The notes: a model not told the origin generated them from the letters alone. Shown: positions 1 through 14,468, counted from the stretch's first letter. The stretch is DNA of 64,000 bases from Flaccisagitta enflata (GCA_965153355.1 OZ231126.1:9796001-9860000); one strand, 5' to 3'. Made by a program: numbers and translations.

Positions 1-8
1 AAAAGAAA

Positions 9-39
<31 letters not shown>

Positions 40-123
40 AGAAGAAGAATTCGAAGACAATAACGATGACAAAGACGACATTGATAACAATGTCAAAACT
101 AATATGATGATGACGACGACGAC

Positions 124-155
<32 letters not shown>

Positions 156-266
156 CGTCGATGATGAGGATGGTGATGAAAAAGACGACATTGATAACTA
201 TTACAAAACTAATAAGACGATGACGACGATGATGACAACGACAACAACAACAACAACAACAACAAC
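1..266. repeat. GAA/GAC/AAC trinucleotide microsatellites (similar tracts at ~1100-1340 and 2513-2628)
   Basis: Direct reading; these tracts produce the poly-R/poly-L spurious ORFs. Confidence 0.95.
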
Positions 267-892
267 GCATCAACAAGAAAAAGAAACGAAAACGAAGTGG
301 CTCACAAACCAAGTCGGACACTTTCTTTTCAGATCCTCGGTAAAGTGAGAAATAGGGCAGTATGTGGTCAGCGATACCCGTTGCCCTGTTTTGCATGATT
401 GGGAATTGGAGTGAGAGGAAGCAGGGCAGCAGCCCCGAAGGGACCAAGTCCACAGGGGGACTTTTGTACCTCCATCCCTCAATCCGTCCCTCCCAGGCCC
501 TCACAAGCCTGTAATCAGTGCTCACAGGTCTGAAATCTACCTTCTCAGGCCTGAAATCTGCCCTCACAGGCCTTGAATCTGAGAGGGCAGATTTAAGGCC
601 TGAGTGGATAGATTTCAGACCTGAGAGAGCAGATTTCATGTCTGAAAGGGCAGATTCAAGGCCTGAGAGGGCAGATTTCAGGCCTGAGAGGTAAGATTTC
701 AGGCCTTCGAGGGCGGATTTCAGGCCTGTGAGCGCCTGGGGGGACTGAAGAATGTACAGACAAACGAAAGTCCCCCTGTATTCTACAGGACTTAGTCCCC
801 TTCAGGGCCGCTGCCCAAAAAGCGTGCAAGCCGATGCGATTCTATCGACCTAAACCCTAGGTATGAAGAGAAGGGAGAAGAGGAAGTAAAAG

Positions 893-1184
893 AATAAGAC
901 CGGATACACGGCTACCCCAGTCGCGTGCGGGTGGGCAGGGGCAATGTTTTAGGTCACTTGATCATTTAGGCAGGAGCTGTGAGGCCAAAGACCACAAAAA
1001 CCCAAAAAAGTATAGTGTGAGGGACGGACCAACCAATGGACCGACCGAAAGTCCGACAGACCAACAAAGCGGGGTGAAGAATAGCGTAGCACACGACTAA
1101 AAAGAAAGAGAAGAAGAAGAAGAAGAAGAAGAAGAAGAAGAAGAATAAGAAGATGAAGAAGACGAAGAAGAAGAAGAAGAAGAA

Positions 1185-1216
<32 letters not shown>

Positions 1217-2290
1217 AGAAAAATATGAAGATGGTGACTATGAAGACAAATGCGAAGATGATATTGATGACAAAGATGACGATGATTACAATAATGATGA
1301 TAACTTAGACAATGATGACGACGATGATGATGACAATAAATAAGTCAAGAAAAAGAGGTTGGTAGGTTGTGCATGTTTTTTAGTCGCGTGCACGCAACTC
1401 TACAACCCGCTTTGTCCGTCGGTCGGTCGGTTGGTTGGTCAGTCACCCTTTACTTTTTTTATGATTTTATTTCTTTGACCTCACTGCTCCTGCCCAAATG
1501 GTCTGGTGACCTCAAATAGGCCCCTGCCCAACCGCACGCGACTTTGGTAGCTGTTATCCAGCCTTGTTTTCTCAAGGTTTAATTCAAATGCCATAGCCCC
1601 ACTTACATTATTATACCTTCTTTTGTGACTATTTGATATATTCTTTCCATTCTACAACTCGGTATAAGTTAAACAATATCCCACACTATACCCAAACTGA
1701 AATAAACGGCAGAGGGCCTTGTGAGCCCTCACTGACTATTTAATAACTTATAACGCGCACCATTCCTAGTTTCCCTAGATAATGAAGAAAAATTTGAATC
1801 AATACATCTTGTGTTTTAGATTGCGATACAAGGACAGACAAGCAAACAGAAAGACAGGTAAACAGACAGAAAGAGAGGCTCACAACCAGATAAACTGAAG
1901 AGACTTGAGAAACATGGATTATTACATTTTGATTCGAAAATCTTTGAAAATCCTTCCATTTCCCTGCTCTCCTCCAGCTGTATCATCTTCTTCATCATCT
2001 TCTTCTTAATCTTCTCCTTCATCTTCATCTTCATCTTCTTCTTCTTCCTAATCTTCTTCTTGTCTTCTTTTTTTTCTTCTACTCTGCTTCTACAACTGAG
2101 TTTTTTACAAGTCGCGTGCCATGCGACTCTACACCTGCTTTGTCGTTCCGTCTGTCAGTCCTTCAGTCCATTGGTCGTCCGTCACACTACTTTTTTGGTT
2201 TTTTTTGCAGTCTTTAGCCTCACTGGTCCTGCCCAAATGATCAAGTGACCTCAAGTACGGCCCCTGTACGCAACTTTGGTAGCCGTGTAT
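893..2290. mobile_element. Cluster of ~200-bp interspersed repeats (HINE/DINE-1-like family), copies at ~893-1103 (-), ~1377-1570 (+), ~2101-2290 (+)
   Basis: Shared start TAGTCGCGTGCACGC(A/G)ACTCTA, GTCG/GTCC microsatellite, core CTCACTGCTCCTGCCCAAATG...GACCTCAA and end GCGACT...GTAGC...GCCTTGTT. Confidence 0.6.
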
Positions 2291-2704
2291 TTATATTGGG
2301 TCTTGTTATTGAGCAACTCAACAGGGCTCCTTCATCGTATTCTTCTTCTTTTATTAATCACCTTATTGTTCTTACTCTTGTTCTTGTTCTCGTTCTTGTT
2401 CTTGTACTTGTTCTTTTTCATCCTCTTCTTCTTCCGGTACTTCCTCTTTGCCGATTATATTTGACGGCATCTCTACCCTTCCATTCCAAAATCTCTACCA
2501 TTCCAATTTTATAGTTCTTCTTCTTCTTCTTCTTCTTCTTCTTCTTCTTCTTCTTCTTCTTCTTCTTCTTCTTCTTCTTCTTCTTCTTCTTCTTCTTCTT
2601 TTTTTCTTCTTCTTCTTCTTCTTCTTCACCGATCTCGTCTTCCTCTCACAAAGTTTCATAGCTTTGTCCATCTCTTTACCTACCTTTATCTCAGATTTCA
2701 GCAT

Positions 2705-5700
2705 TTTTAGTCGCGTGCACGCGACTCTATAACCCGCTCTGTCGGTCCGTCGGTCCGTCGGTCGGTCCGTCCATAACACTTTGCTTTTTTTCGTCGTTTT
2801 ACGTCTTTTTAGGGTATTTTATGTCATTTTAAGTCATTTTAAGTCATTTCCAGTCATTTTCAGTTAATTTTAGTCACTTAAGTCATTTTGTCATTTTTTG
2901 TCATTTTTGTCATTTTATGTTATCATAAGTCATTTTAAGTCATTCTTAGTCATTCTAAGTTATTTTAAGTCATTACAAGTCATTACAAGTCATTCTAGTT
3001 ATTCTAAGTCATTCTAAGTCACTAAGTTATTTTTTGGCTTTTGAAGTTTTTGGTAACACTTTGTTTTTTTGCGTCGTTTTTGGTCAATTTGGGTTGTCTG
3101 GAGTTATTTTGAGTTATTTTGTCTTTTTTTTGTTGTTTTTGGTCATTTTCGGTTGCTTTTGGTCATTTTTGGTTGCTTTTAGTCATTCTTGGTCATTTTT
3201 GATCATTTATGTCACTTTGTTCATTTAAGTCATTTGTGTTATTTATGGGCATTTCAAATAGTTTGAAGTCTTTTTAAGTCATTTTGGAACATTTCAGGTC
3301 ATTTTTGGTCATTTAACATAGTTTTTTGTTTTTTGTTTTTTTTTTGGTTTTTGGTTTTTGTTTTTTTTTGGTTTTGGGTTTTTGTTTTTTTTTTTCTTTT
3401 CTTTTAGTCATTTAGGTTTTTTGGTATGTCATGGTCATTCATGGTTTTTGGTATGTTTTTGTCATATATGTCATTTCAAGTCTGCTGGTTTAAGTCTGCT
3501 GGTTTAAGTCTGCTGGTTTGGGTCTAATTTAAGTCTGGTTTAAGTCTGGTTTAAGTCTGGTTTAAGTCTGGTTTAAGTCTGGTTTAAGTCTGGTTTAAGT
3601 CTGGTTTAAGTCTGGTTTAAGTCTGGTTTAAGTCTGGTTTAAGTCTGGTTTAAGTCTGGTTTAAGTCTGGTTTAAGTCTGGTTTAAGTCTGGTTTAAGTC
3701 TGGTTTAAGTCTGGTTTAAGTCTGGTTTAAGTCTGGTTTAAGTCTGGTTTAAGTCTGGTTTAAGTCTGGTTTAAGTCTGGTTTTAAGTCTGGTTTAAGTC
3801 TGGTTTAAGTCTGGTTTAAGTCTGGTTTAAGTCTGGTTTAAGTCTGGTTTAAGTCTGGTTTAAGTCTGGTTTAAGTCTGGTTTAAGTCTGGTTTAAGTCT
3901 GGTTTAAGTCTGGTTTAAGTCTGGTTTAAGTCCGGTTTAAGTCAGGTTTGAGTCAGGTTTGAGTCAGGTTTGAGTCAGGTTTGAGTCTGGTTTGAGTCTG
4001 GTTTGAGTCTAGCTTGAGTCTGGTTTAAGTCTGGTTAAAGTCGCGTTTAAGTCTGGTTCATGTCTGATTTATGTCCGGTTTAGGTTTGTTCATTTAAGTC
4101 ATTTGTGTTATTTATGGGCATTTCAAATAGTTTGAAGTCTTTTTAAGTCATTTTGGAATATTTCAGGTCATTTTTGGTCATTTAACATAGTTTTTTGTTT
4201 TTTGTTTTTTTTGGTTTTTGGTTTTTGTTTTTTTTTGGTTTTGGGTTTTTGTTTTTTTTTTTCTTTTCTTTTAGTCATTTAGGTTTTTTGGTATGTCATG
4301 GTCATTCATGGTTTTTGGTATGTTTTTGTCATATATGTCATTTCAAGTCTGCTGGTTTAAGTCTGCTGGTTTAAGTCTGCTGGTTTGGGTCTAATTTAAG
4401 TCTGGTTTAAGTCTGGTTTAAGTCTGGTTTAAGTCTGGTTTAAGTCTGGTTTAAGTCTGGTTTAAGTCTGGTTTAAGTCTGGTTTAAGTCTGGTTTAAGT
4501 CTGGTTTAAGTCTGGTTTAAGTCTGGTTTAAGTCTGGTTTAAGTCTGGTTTAAGTCTGGTTTAAGTCTGGTTTAAGTCTGGTTTAAGTCTGGTTTAAGTC
4601 TGGTTTAAGTCTGGTTTAAGTCTGGTTTGAGTCTGGTTTGAGTCTGGTTTGAGTCAGGTTTGAGTCAGGTTTGAGTCAGGTTTGAGTCAGGTTTGAGTCA
4701 GGTTTGAGTCAGGTTTGAGTCAGGTTTGAGTCAGGTTTAAGTCTGGTTTGAGTCTAGCTTGAGTCTAGCTTGAGTCTGGTTAAAGTCGCGTTTAAGTCTG
4801 GTTCATGTCTGATTTATATCCGGTTTAGGTTTGTTCATTTAAGTCATTTGTGTTATTTATGGGCATTTCAAATAGTTTGAAGTCTTTTTAAGTCATTTTG
4901 GAACATTTCAGGTCATTTTTGGTCATTTAACATAGTTTTTTGGTTTTTGTTTTTTTTTGGTTTTTGGTTTTTTTTTTTTTTGGTTTTGGGTTTTTCTTTT
5001 TTTTTTCTTTTCTTTTAGTCATTTAGGTTTTTTGGTATGTCATGGTCATTCATGGTTTTTGGTATGTTTTTGTCATATATGTCATTTCAAATCTGCTGGT
5101 TTAAGTCTGCTGGTTTAAGTCTGCTGGTTTGGGTCTAATTTAAGTCTGGTTTAAGTCTGGTTTAAGTCTGGTTTAAGTCTGGTTTAAGTCTGGTTTAAGT
5201 CTGGTTTAAGTCTGGTTTAAGTCTGGTTTAAGTCTGGTTTAAGTCTGGTTTAAGTCTGGTTTAAGTCTGGTTTAAGTCTGGTTTTAAGTCTGGTTTAAGT
5301 CTGGTTTAAGTCTGGTTTAAGTCTGGTTTAAGTCTGGTTTAAGTCTGGTTTAAGTCTGGTTTAAGTCTGGTTTAAGTCTGGTTTAAGTCTGGTTTAAGTC
5401 TGGTTTAAGTCAGGTTTAAGTCAGGTTTAAGTCAGGTTTAAGTCAGGTTTAAGTCTGGTTTAAGTCTGGTTTAAGTCTGGTTTAAGTCTGGTTTAAGTCT
5501 GGTTTAAGTCTGGTTTAAGTCTGGTTTAAGTCTGGTTTAAGTCTGGTTTAAGTCTGGTTTAAGTCTGGTTTAAGTCTGGTTTAAGTCTGGTTTAAGTCTG
5601 GTTTAAGCCTGGTTTAAGTCTGGTTTAAGCCTGGTTTAAGTCTGGTTTAAGTCTGGTTTAAGTCTGGTTTAAGTCCGGTTTGAGTCTGGTTTGAGTCTGG

Positions 5701-6040
5701 TTTGAGTCAGGTTTGAGTCAGGTTTAAGTCTGGTTTAAGTCTGGTTTGAGTCTAGCTTGAGTCTGGTTTAAGTCTGGTTAAAGTCGCGTTTAAGTCTGGT
5801 TCATGTCTGATTTATGTCCGGTTTAGGTCTGGTTTAGGTCTGGTTTAGGTCTGGTTTTGGTCTGGTTTAGGTCTGGTTTAAGTCTGGTTTAAGTCTGGTT
5901 TGAGTCTGGTTTGAGTCTGGTTTGGTTCTGGTTTGGGTCTGGTTTATGTCTGATTTTCGATAAATAGATAAAATAAGGAGTCATTTCAGTTCAGTCATTT
6001 TTGTCCTGCACGCGACTTATAGGTGTTGGCCTTGTTTTCA
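2705..6040 (+). mobile_element. HINE-like element expanded by internal satellite
   Basis: Starts with palindrome AGTCGCGTGCACGCGACT plus GTCCGTCG microsatellite; ends TGCACGCGACT...GCCTTGTTTT, the same ends as the short copies. Confidence 0.6.
3480..5955. repeat. 11-bp satellite (TTTAAGTCTGG)n in three higher-order units
   Basis: Arrays separated by the same ~270-bp T-rich spacer starting TTGTTCATTTAAGTCATTTGTG at ~3218, ~4086 and ~4831. Confidence 0.95.
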
Positions 6041-7041
6041 CAAAACTGATGATATGAAGTCTTACATGGATTAGGGATTTACGCTTATACGACACCCCGC
6101 TAAGGTTAACGAAGGTTGTTTTCTTAATCAAAATTCAATGGGCTTTCCAATGATGTATTGTTCAAAGGCTGAAATCGAATTCTCAAATTGACATGTTTTG
6201 GAGGGTGCTTTCTGTTGATCCATGGAAATGACCTTAACAGTTATTACCCGGGTTATCAGTTTTTACTAATCAATGCGGTTACAATTGATGATGGTTAATG
6301 ACCGATTTATTCTTCATCCTCTTTCTTCTCCTCTTCTTCTTCCTCCTAGCAGTAAGTCGCCAGTAAACTTAACATTTCTCTAAGTTCTATGTGTATCTAT
6401 TTATCATCCTATCTGTCTATCCGTCGGTCTATCTGTCTGTCCATCTGTCTGTCCATCTGTCTGACTATTTGTCAGTCTATCTGTCTGACTATCTGTGTGT
6501 CTATCTGTCCATCTGTCTGTTCATCTGTCTGTCAGTCTGTGTGTGTGTCTCTCACAAGTGAAAAATGAAAATAAGAATCTAAAAAATAAAAAAAGATGAA
6601 AAAAAAAATATATAGAAATTTTAAAAGCATGTTTTGTTTAAAAGATGACAAAAATTTATTCATGAATGCAATAATCAAAATCAAAATTAGAAAAAAAAAC
6701 CTACAAAATGCATTTTTTTTCTTAAATTAGTTTCGCTATTCTTGGATGATCAGCAATTTTCAAACATGCAAAAAAAAGTCACTTTTAGAAAAATGATCGA
6801 TAATAACCGCAACCGAAAGTCGATTATAGCAGTATCCCAACTGAACCTATATTCGCGAATATTAATTAATTGAACTGAGTTGAACCGTTTTCTAAAAGCC
6901 AGATCGCCAAAGTATACACACCAATAATCGAAAGATTTGTGATTGACTGGTATTTGTTATTGAGTCAATAAATTGATTAAATTTAGAGGTGGGAACATTT
7001 CTATTTTTTAGATAGTACTAACCGGTAATATTAGTTGCATA

Positions 7042-7376
7042 CCGTATTTTTTCCATTTATCGCCCCCCCTCCAATTAACGCCCCCCCTCTCTTTTTGCTC
7101 CTCAGAACAATATTTGAGGGAAGATGTGGAAGCAAAAAATCTTTGAAAGAGAGAAGATTTCAGTGTTTTTATCAGGGCTTGAATATAATGCAAGCAAAAA
7201 ATATAATATTTATACATTTAATCATACATTTTTGACTTTTTAAGTAGCACTCATTGTCAATGCCATAAGAAAAGAGAGTGCTCACAAATCAAAAGGGGGC
7301 GCTAATTGGAGGGTAAAATGACAATATCTTTTTTTAATTTCAAAAGCGCCCGGGGCGCTAATTAGAAAAAATACGG
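7042..7376. mobile_element. MITE, Tc1/mariner-like
   Basis: TA|CCGTATTTTTTC ... GAAAAAATACGG|TA terminal inverted repeats with TA flanks. Confidence 0.65.
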
Positions 7377-8041
7377 TAATTAGCTACATAGTTAATAGAA
7401 AAATCATTGGAACACAAAACTTGTTGGGACACAGATTTTGGCTTGCTGCCCCAAAAATTTGGGCTCAAATACGCCCCTGGTTATGGCTATAAATGCGTGT
7501 TTCCATACTTATGCTCTAGATATTAGTCTATCCAAACGCACTTTTATAATCGCTTCTATTTGCCTCTCTAGATGACTAACACCATTAACAAATTTACAAA
7601 TTGACTTAATCGGGCATGAAACTAATGACGATTAGCCCGCTGACACAGAATGCCAAGAACTCATGCATACAAGTCGCGTATCCGCCCAGATTAGCCTCTT
7701 ACAGATGTACGAAACCTCCAAAACAAGTCTGAACGACATCAGTGAACCTTTACTACCCTTCCCCTATAATTGCACAAGTCCAGGAATTAATATTACTACA
7801 CGGCCATAAATCTCGTTTGAAACAAGGCCAACACTTATATGTCGCGTGCGTGACCTAGATAACTTAGGATGACTTAAATCAACTTTAAATGACTTAAGAT
7901 CCAGACCAGACCACATTGACCTCATTGCCGTGGGACAAAAAAATTGGGATTTGTGAATAACTTTCCAAGACCTACCTCTACACCAAAAATAAACAAAATC
8001 TATTTTTTTGGGTTATATGGTTTGTGTGATCTGTGCTGAAA

Positions 8042-9891
8042 TTACCCTGTGGCTAAATCTTCTAAACCAATACTCAGAATTGACGTGTGTGAAAAACGGC
8101 CCCAGAATCCATGCAGAAAACCCATGCCATCATCAACATGGTATGCATCTGTCAGTAAGCAGCTTTCAAACAACCATGTGATGATATCTTTAAATGACAC
8201 ATCTTTGATCATAGTGCTGTCAATACAGATAGTTTTCAAAGTTTTGAAGTTTGCACGCTTTTCACCATCTGTCACACGGATAAAATCGCCGAGTTGGGTA
8301 TCTTTTCCTTGACAAGACTGCATTAAAATGCAGGCAGGGAACTTCTCAAATGAGAATAAATGCCCAGTAGCACTCTGAGCAGTCACAAATGGCACAGTTA
8401 TTTCTCTCACTAACGACCTCGCACTTCTCAAATTGGGCGAAGCTGAACCGATTCTATGCTGTAAGCTGTAAGCTGTAAGCTGGGTTATTCTACCATTTAA
8501 GACCTCTGGCTTGAAAGCAGCCACGCAGGCAGCTAGGTTATCGTACTCGCTCTTCAAAAATATTGCGCCTTTTTTGTATTGTACATGCGTTAATTTGTGA
8601 GATTGTTTTTCAAGGGAAAGCGCATCACTTTCCTTTCCTTTCTCACAGGTTATCAATTTTTTGTCAAGTAGCTTGTCATCACACGCCTTAGCAATTAAAC
8701 CCAAGAGCTTCATAAAGATATCAACGCCATTGCCCACGACACCATCGAAACCGTTGTCATCAAAAAGACGACATATCATAACGGCGTTGATAGGAATAGA
8801 GAAAGCCGACTTCATCGAAGAATTGGTTTCCAACGCAGAAGTTAACTTCTCTTTTTTGAGTTGCATTTCCTTCGCATTCCCTGAAAATGGGAACACGTCG
8901 ACAAATTGCAGGCATTGCGATTCGTCCAGCTTGTCTAGTGTATACTCAACCATGTGATCACGGACTTCCCGCAAAGTTTCTTTCCCCTCTTCTCGCGAAA
9001 GAACGATGAAAGTGCTCTCACTGTATAATTCGATACTTTCTCTGAGAAACCTGTGCATTAATTCACTACAGATTCGGACGGATTTGTAAATGCTATATGT
9101 CACTTTCCAAGGTACCCCCCCCTACAGCCCAAACGGATCATCATAAAGACTTGAAATTTGGCATGGACACTCATATTAGGCCAAATCGTGGGGCCACCGA
9201 GGCGATTTTTGATAAGTTGACCCAAAGCCGCGATATGGGGCAGGGGTGGGGGTACCCCTGGGGGGCAAAAATGTCAAAAATTTTTTTTTCGATTTTTTTA
9301 ATTTTTTCGAGTTGATTACTTAGTTTAGTGTCTTTAGCACCAGAATTAAGCATTATTTTAGTATTTACTTTGTTTGAGTGCAATATTTTGCTGTATCAAA
9401 CTTGATACATCACTTTTCTCATTTTTCTGGGTTTTAGACGAACTTCGAAGCTTGCATAATTGGAGGCGCGTTGAACAGCTAGTTCAGAGCCGATCAGCTA
9501 CCTCCTGAAACTACGTCAGCTGTTTTTCTTCTGAAAATACCATTCAGAGGTTTTTATCCTAATATGGGTATGCAGTAGCTTACCAAATGGTTACATTTTG
9601 TAACCTGTCTCACCCAAATACAAGAGCGAGTTGGGAATCCAGTCAACTTCATTCACATTTGAAAAATCAAGGCCAGATATTCTGCCACCCCAGTTGCGTG
9701 TGGGTAGGCAGGGGCCGTAATTGAGGTCACCAATGTATTAGGGCTGGAGCAGAGAGGTGTAGGATTATAAAACATTAAAAGAAGGTAAAATGTAACCGAC
9801 CAACAGACAGACAGACAAGCTCAGCTACTAGATATTGTTCCATCGTATTTATAGCAACCGGCTGCGCAGGGAAAGAAAAGTAAAAATTCCA

Positions 9892-9984
<93 letters not shown>

Positions 9985-12900
9985 TTAGAGCTGCCGTACT
10001 TTCTTTACCTATGTTATCCCCCTGCTTTCTTACAAATTTCACGATATTACCTTTTGCTTTAATTATTAACAATGATAAAAACAGATTTTACTCCACATTA
10101 ATTAGATTATTGTTTCAATTCGCACACCACCATAGAAAAAACTCTTTGGCCTCATAACTTTGTTTCTTTTATCCTTTATTATCATTTTTCAAAGTTGTCT
10201 CGACCATCTGCCGCAAATGCCAGAGTTGGCTGTCCTGTCGCGTAGCATTGCTACCCTGTTACCCTGTAACGGCAACTCGGTGCAGTGACTGTACAAAAAC
10301 TTATCAGAGGCACATAAACACATAAAGAGATAATTGCTTTCATGGAGGATTTGGCCAGAAGCTCTAAGAAAATGCTTCCAAAATCTTTGACGGATGCGCG
10401 CGTAATACGACATTCCTGTGTCTTGAATTTGGAACTACTTCTAGATCAGATTATATTCATCCCCACAAGGTATGAATACATGTTAAGACACTCATTTTGG
10501 GCATTCGAATAAAAATTTATTTCCAGGCGTTTTTGATATTGCATATGTCTATCTAGAGCCCCATCTAATTGGAAAATCGATTTGGATTTGATCTAGGCAC
10601 TCAGTCATCAGTGCTGTAGTTGTATAGAATTGACTGCTGTTGATATGAGAGAAAGTTTTTCCCTAGCCATTCTCAGGGGGGAGAAAGCTAAAAAGTTTTT
10701 AGACATTTTTAACTTTTTTTAGCTTTTTTTATCTTTTTTTAGCTCTTTTCAAATTTTAAGTGGTGCAAAAAGTTAAAAAAAGTTAAAAAAAGCTAAAAAA
10801 GGATAAAAAAAGCTAAAAAAGGATAAAAAAGGCTAAAAACTGGAAAAGGCTAAAAACAGATAAAAAAAGCTAGAAAATGCTAAAAACAGCTAAAAAATGT
10901 ATAACGTAGCAAAGAGTTTTTACACAAAACCACAAGCAAAAAAGCTAAAAAGAGCTAAAAAAGACAAAAAAAAGCTAATAAAGAGCTAATAAAGAGCTAA
11001 AAATCAAAAAAGCTAAAACGTTTCAAAAAAAGCTAAAATAAGCTAAAAACAGCTAAAAAGAGCTAAAAAGTCAAAGCTATAAAAAGCTAAAAAGAGCTTA
11101 ATAATAGCTAAAAAAAAGTAAAAAAAGCTAAAAAGAGCTAAACAGTCAAAGCTGACTCCAAATTTACAGTCCACGGAATATTTTTTTTTTAGCGTTTTTT
11201 AGCTCTTTTTAACCATCTTTAACCTTTTTTAGCAAATTTTTAAGTGGTGCAAAAAGATAAAAAAAGCTAAAAAAAGCTAAAAATGTCTAAAAACTTTTTA
11301 GCTTTCACCCCCCTGCATTCTATACAACTACAGCATTAATGACGGATTGTCTGGATAAGATGAAAATTGATCTTCAAAACTGATTGGGGTTCGAGTATAC
11401 AAATGGAAGTGTTTGCTAATGATTTTTTGATGCGTCCGTCGGTTATTCCGTGGCATTTTTTGTTAATCGCGTAAAATCTAGCCAGATTGAGCGAGATTGA
11501 TCTCTGTCTGTCTGTCTGTAACTTCTTTTTTGCGCCTGCGCAATAACATGCTCATTTTCAGGAATAAAACGCAAAAGACGCATCTACAGGTCAAATTTCA
11601 GCCTTGTTCTCGTGAATGCCCACATTTTGCCTATCCTAATACACATACCCTCAAGTTTGCCTCCATTGAACCCATCATCAAAAACTGAGGTGGGTCATAA
11701 AATTGTTGCAGACGGGTGGGCAGGGGCAGCCGACCCCCAGCCTCACCCCAACCCCCTTTCCCCACACTTACACACACATTCAATGACGACTGCAGGATCA
11801 AAAATGCGCGCCTTTCGCGTTTTCAACTCGAGCGTGACGGACGGACCTACAGACCTTCGGACGGACAAAGCCCCTAATAATTGCGTGTCCGCAACTATAA
11901 AGATGATTGAAGCATTTACCAGCATCTTTAAGATTTCATTCTGATTGCATGCTTCCGGTTTTGAATCATATCACTGCACGCGTTTCCGTCAATGGCCTTA
12001 CGCCTTCATTGTATCATCTTTTTCCATTTAGACTGTAGATTTACTATATTTTTTGAATCATGTTTTGTTTATACAAGGCCCGATAGATGGCCAATCAGTA
12101 GTTACCGGCGGGTAGGCAGGGGCTATACGTGGCATGGTGGGGGCTGGGCGCTGGGCAGTAGTGCTCAGAATTCACTTTTTCAGTCAATTTCGCTTAAATT
12201 AAAAAAATTGCGTTACGGACCTACCTACCTTCCTATCTACCCAGGGACACACCCTATTCGCCTATTACAGAGTCGCTTAGCCAGAGACCAATAAACATAA
12301 AGCTTGTGCCATTCAGTCGCTGGCTAAGCAACCCTATTAGAGGCTGTGTCCAAAGAAAGGATGGTCGGGAACGCGAAATTTTAGATGACGCGAAATTAAC
12401 TGAAATGGTGGTTTCTGAGCATTACGGCCGCTGCCCAGCCACATACCAGCCCCGCCCACCCACAAACTGCCCCTGCCCACCCGCATTACTGCCCCTGCTA
12501 ACCCGCCAGCAAATAATTGTTGGCAATGTAACTTGCCTTAATAGTAGGAATTAGGGGCGGTGGATGTGCTAGACAAGGTAGTGAAATTGGCAGAAAGCGA
12601 AATTCTCCGTTTCAAGCGAAAGTCTTGGTTTTGACCTTTCCTCTTCTAGAGTGAATAAATCATGATCGCAATGAGTTAGATAGGTTATACTGTGTTTTCC
12701 TGGTACCTAAGACACTAAACTAAGTAACCAAGTCGAAAAAATTGAAAAAATCGAAAAAAATTTTTTTGACATTTTTGCCCCCCAGGGGTACCCCCACCCC
12801 TGCCCCATATCGCGGCTTTAGGGCAACTTATCAAAAATCGCCTCGGTGGCCCCACGATTTGGCCTAATATGAGTGTCCATGCCAAATTTCAAGTCTTTAT

Positions 12901-13184
12901 GATGATCCGTTTGGGCTGTAGGGGGGGGTACCTTGGAAAGTGACATATAGCATTTACAAATCCGTCCGAATCTGTATGTGCTTTCATCAAGTCCATCCAG
13001 CAACCAAACTATCTTGGCTTGAGATCTCAAGAACATTTCTCTCAAATGCTCTATTTTCCTATCGTATTCTCCCTTGACAAACGCATATTGCTTCAAAAAG
13101 TTGGCAAAAAGGTCTTGATCACCATCAATCTTCTTGACGTCGATGACAGCTACGACAGAGGAACCGCAGAGATAATCACCTTCT
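8042..13184 (-). pseudogene. NACHT-gene partial duplicate C (no Walker A, internal deletion, interrupted by TIR element)
   Basis: ORFs 12818-13096 and 8042-9103 are near-identical to parts of the 14469-17520 gene; Walker B LLDGLDE present. Confidence 0.85.
9069..12974. mobile_element. Non-autonomous 3.9-kb TIR DNA transposon (Tc1/mariner-type, TA target)
   Basis: ~270-bp imperfect TIRs CAGATTCGGACGGATTTGTAAATGC.../...GCATTTACAAATCCGTCCGAATCTG, TA at 9067-68 and 12975-76. No transposase seen; nested (GA)n at 9899-9982 and an inverted-repeat AAAAAGCT-rich element at ~10674-11315. Confidence 0.85.
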
Positions 13185-13207
13185 GGTTTGTGTGATCTAT
13201 GCTGAAA

Positions 13208-14444
13208 TTACCCTGTGGCTAAATCTTCTAAACCAATACTCAGAATTGACGTGTGTGAAAAACGGCCCCAGAATCCATGCAGAAAACCCATGCCATCATC
13301 AACATGGTATGCATCTGTCAGTAAGCAGCTTTCAAACAACCATGCGATGATATCTTTAAATGACACATCTTTGATCATAGTGCTGTCAATACAGATAGTT
13401 TTCAAAGTTTTGAAGTTTGCACGCTTTTCACCATCTGTCACACGGATAAAATCGCCGAGTTGGGTATCTTTTCCTTGACAAGACTGCATTAAAATGCAGG
13501 CAGGGAACTTCTCAAATGAGAATAAATGCCCAGTAGCACTCTGAGCAGTCACAAATGGCACAGTTATTTCTCTCACTAACGACCTCGCACTTCTCAAATT
13601 GGGCGAAGCTGAACCGATTCTATGCTGTAAGCTGTAAGCTGTAAGCTGGGTTATTCTACCATTTAAGACCTCTGGCTTGAAAGCAGCCACGCAGGCAGCT
13701 AGGTTATCGTACTCGCTCCTCAAAAATATTGCGCCTTTTTTGTATTGTACATGCGTTAATTTGTGAGATTGTTTTTCAAGGGAAAGCGCATCACTTTCCT
13801 TTCCTTTCTCACAGGTTATCAATTTTTTGTCAAGTAGCTTGTCATCACACGCCTTAGCAATCGAACCCAAGAGCTTCATAAAGATATCAACGCCATTGCC
13901 CACGACACCATCGAAACCGTTGTCATCAAAAAAGACGACATATCATAACGGCGTTGATAGGAATAGAGAAAGCCGACTTCATCGAAGAATTGGTTTCCAA
14001 CGCAGAAGTTAACTTCTCTTTTTTGAGTTGCATTTCCTTCGCATTCCCTGAAAATGGGAACACGTCGACAAATTGCAGGCATTGCGATTCGTCCAGCTTG
14101 TCTAGTGTATACTCAACCATGTGATCACGGACTTCCCGCAAAGTTTCTTTCCCCTCTTCTCGCGAAAGAACGATGAAAGTGCTCTCACTGTATAATTCGA
14201 TACTTTCTCTGAGAAACCTGTGCATTAATTCACTGTTTGTGCTTTCATCAAGTCTATCCAGCAACCAAACTATCTTGGCTTGAGATCTCAAGAACATTTT
14301 TCTCAAATGATCTTTTTTCCTATCGTATTCTCCCTTGACAAACGCATATTGCTTCAAAAAGTTGGCAAAAAGGTCTTGATCACCATCGATCTTCTTGACG
14401 TCGATGACAGCTACGACAGAGGAACCGCAGAGATAATCACCTTC
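13208..14444 (-). pseudogene. NACHT-gene partial duplicate B (no Walker A, same deletion as C, frameshift near 13926-13933)
   Basis: Near-identical to copies A and C; Walker B altered to LLDRLDE; extra A in the TCAAAAA run splits the ORF. Confidence 0.85.
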
Positions 14445-14468
14445 TGGTTTGTGTGATCTGTGCTGAAA

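Noticed and set aside
2245-2779. Poly-L/poly-R ORFs
   Set aside because: CTT microsatellite artefacts.
3480-5955. CRISPR array or telomeric repeat
   Set aside because: No unique spacers, eukaryotic context, and the 11-mer lies inside an interspersed element.
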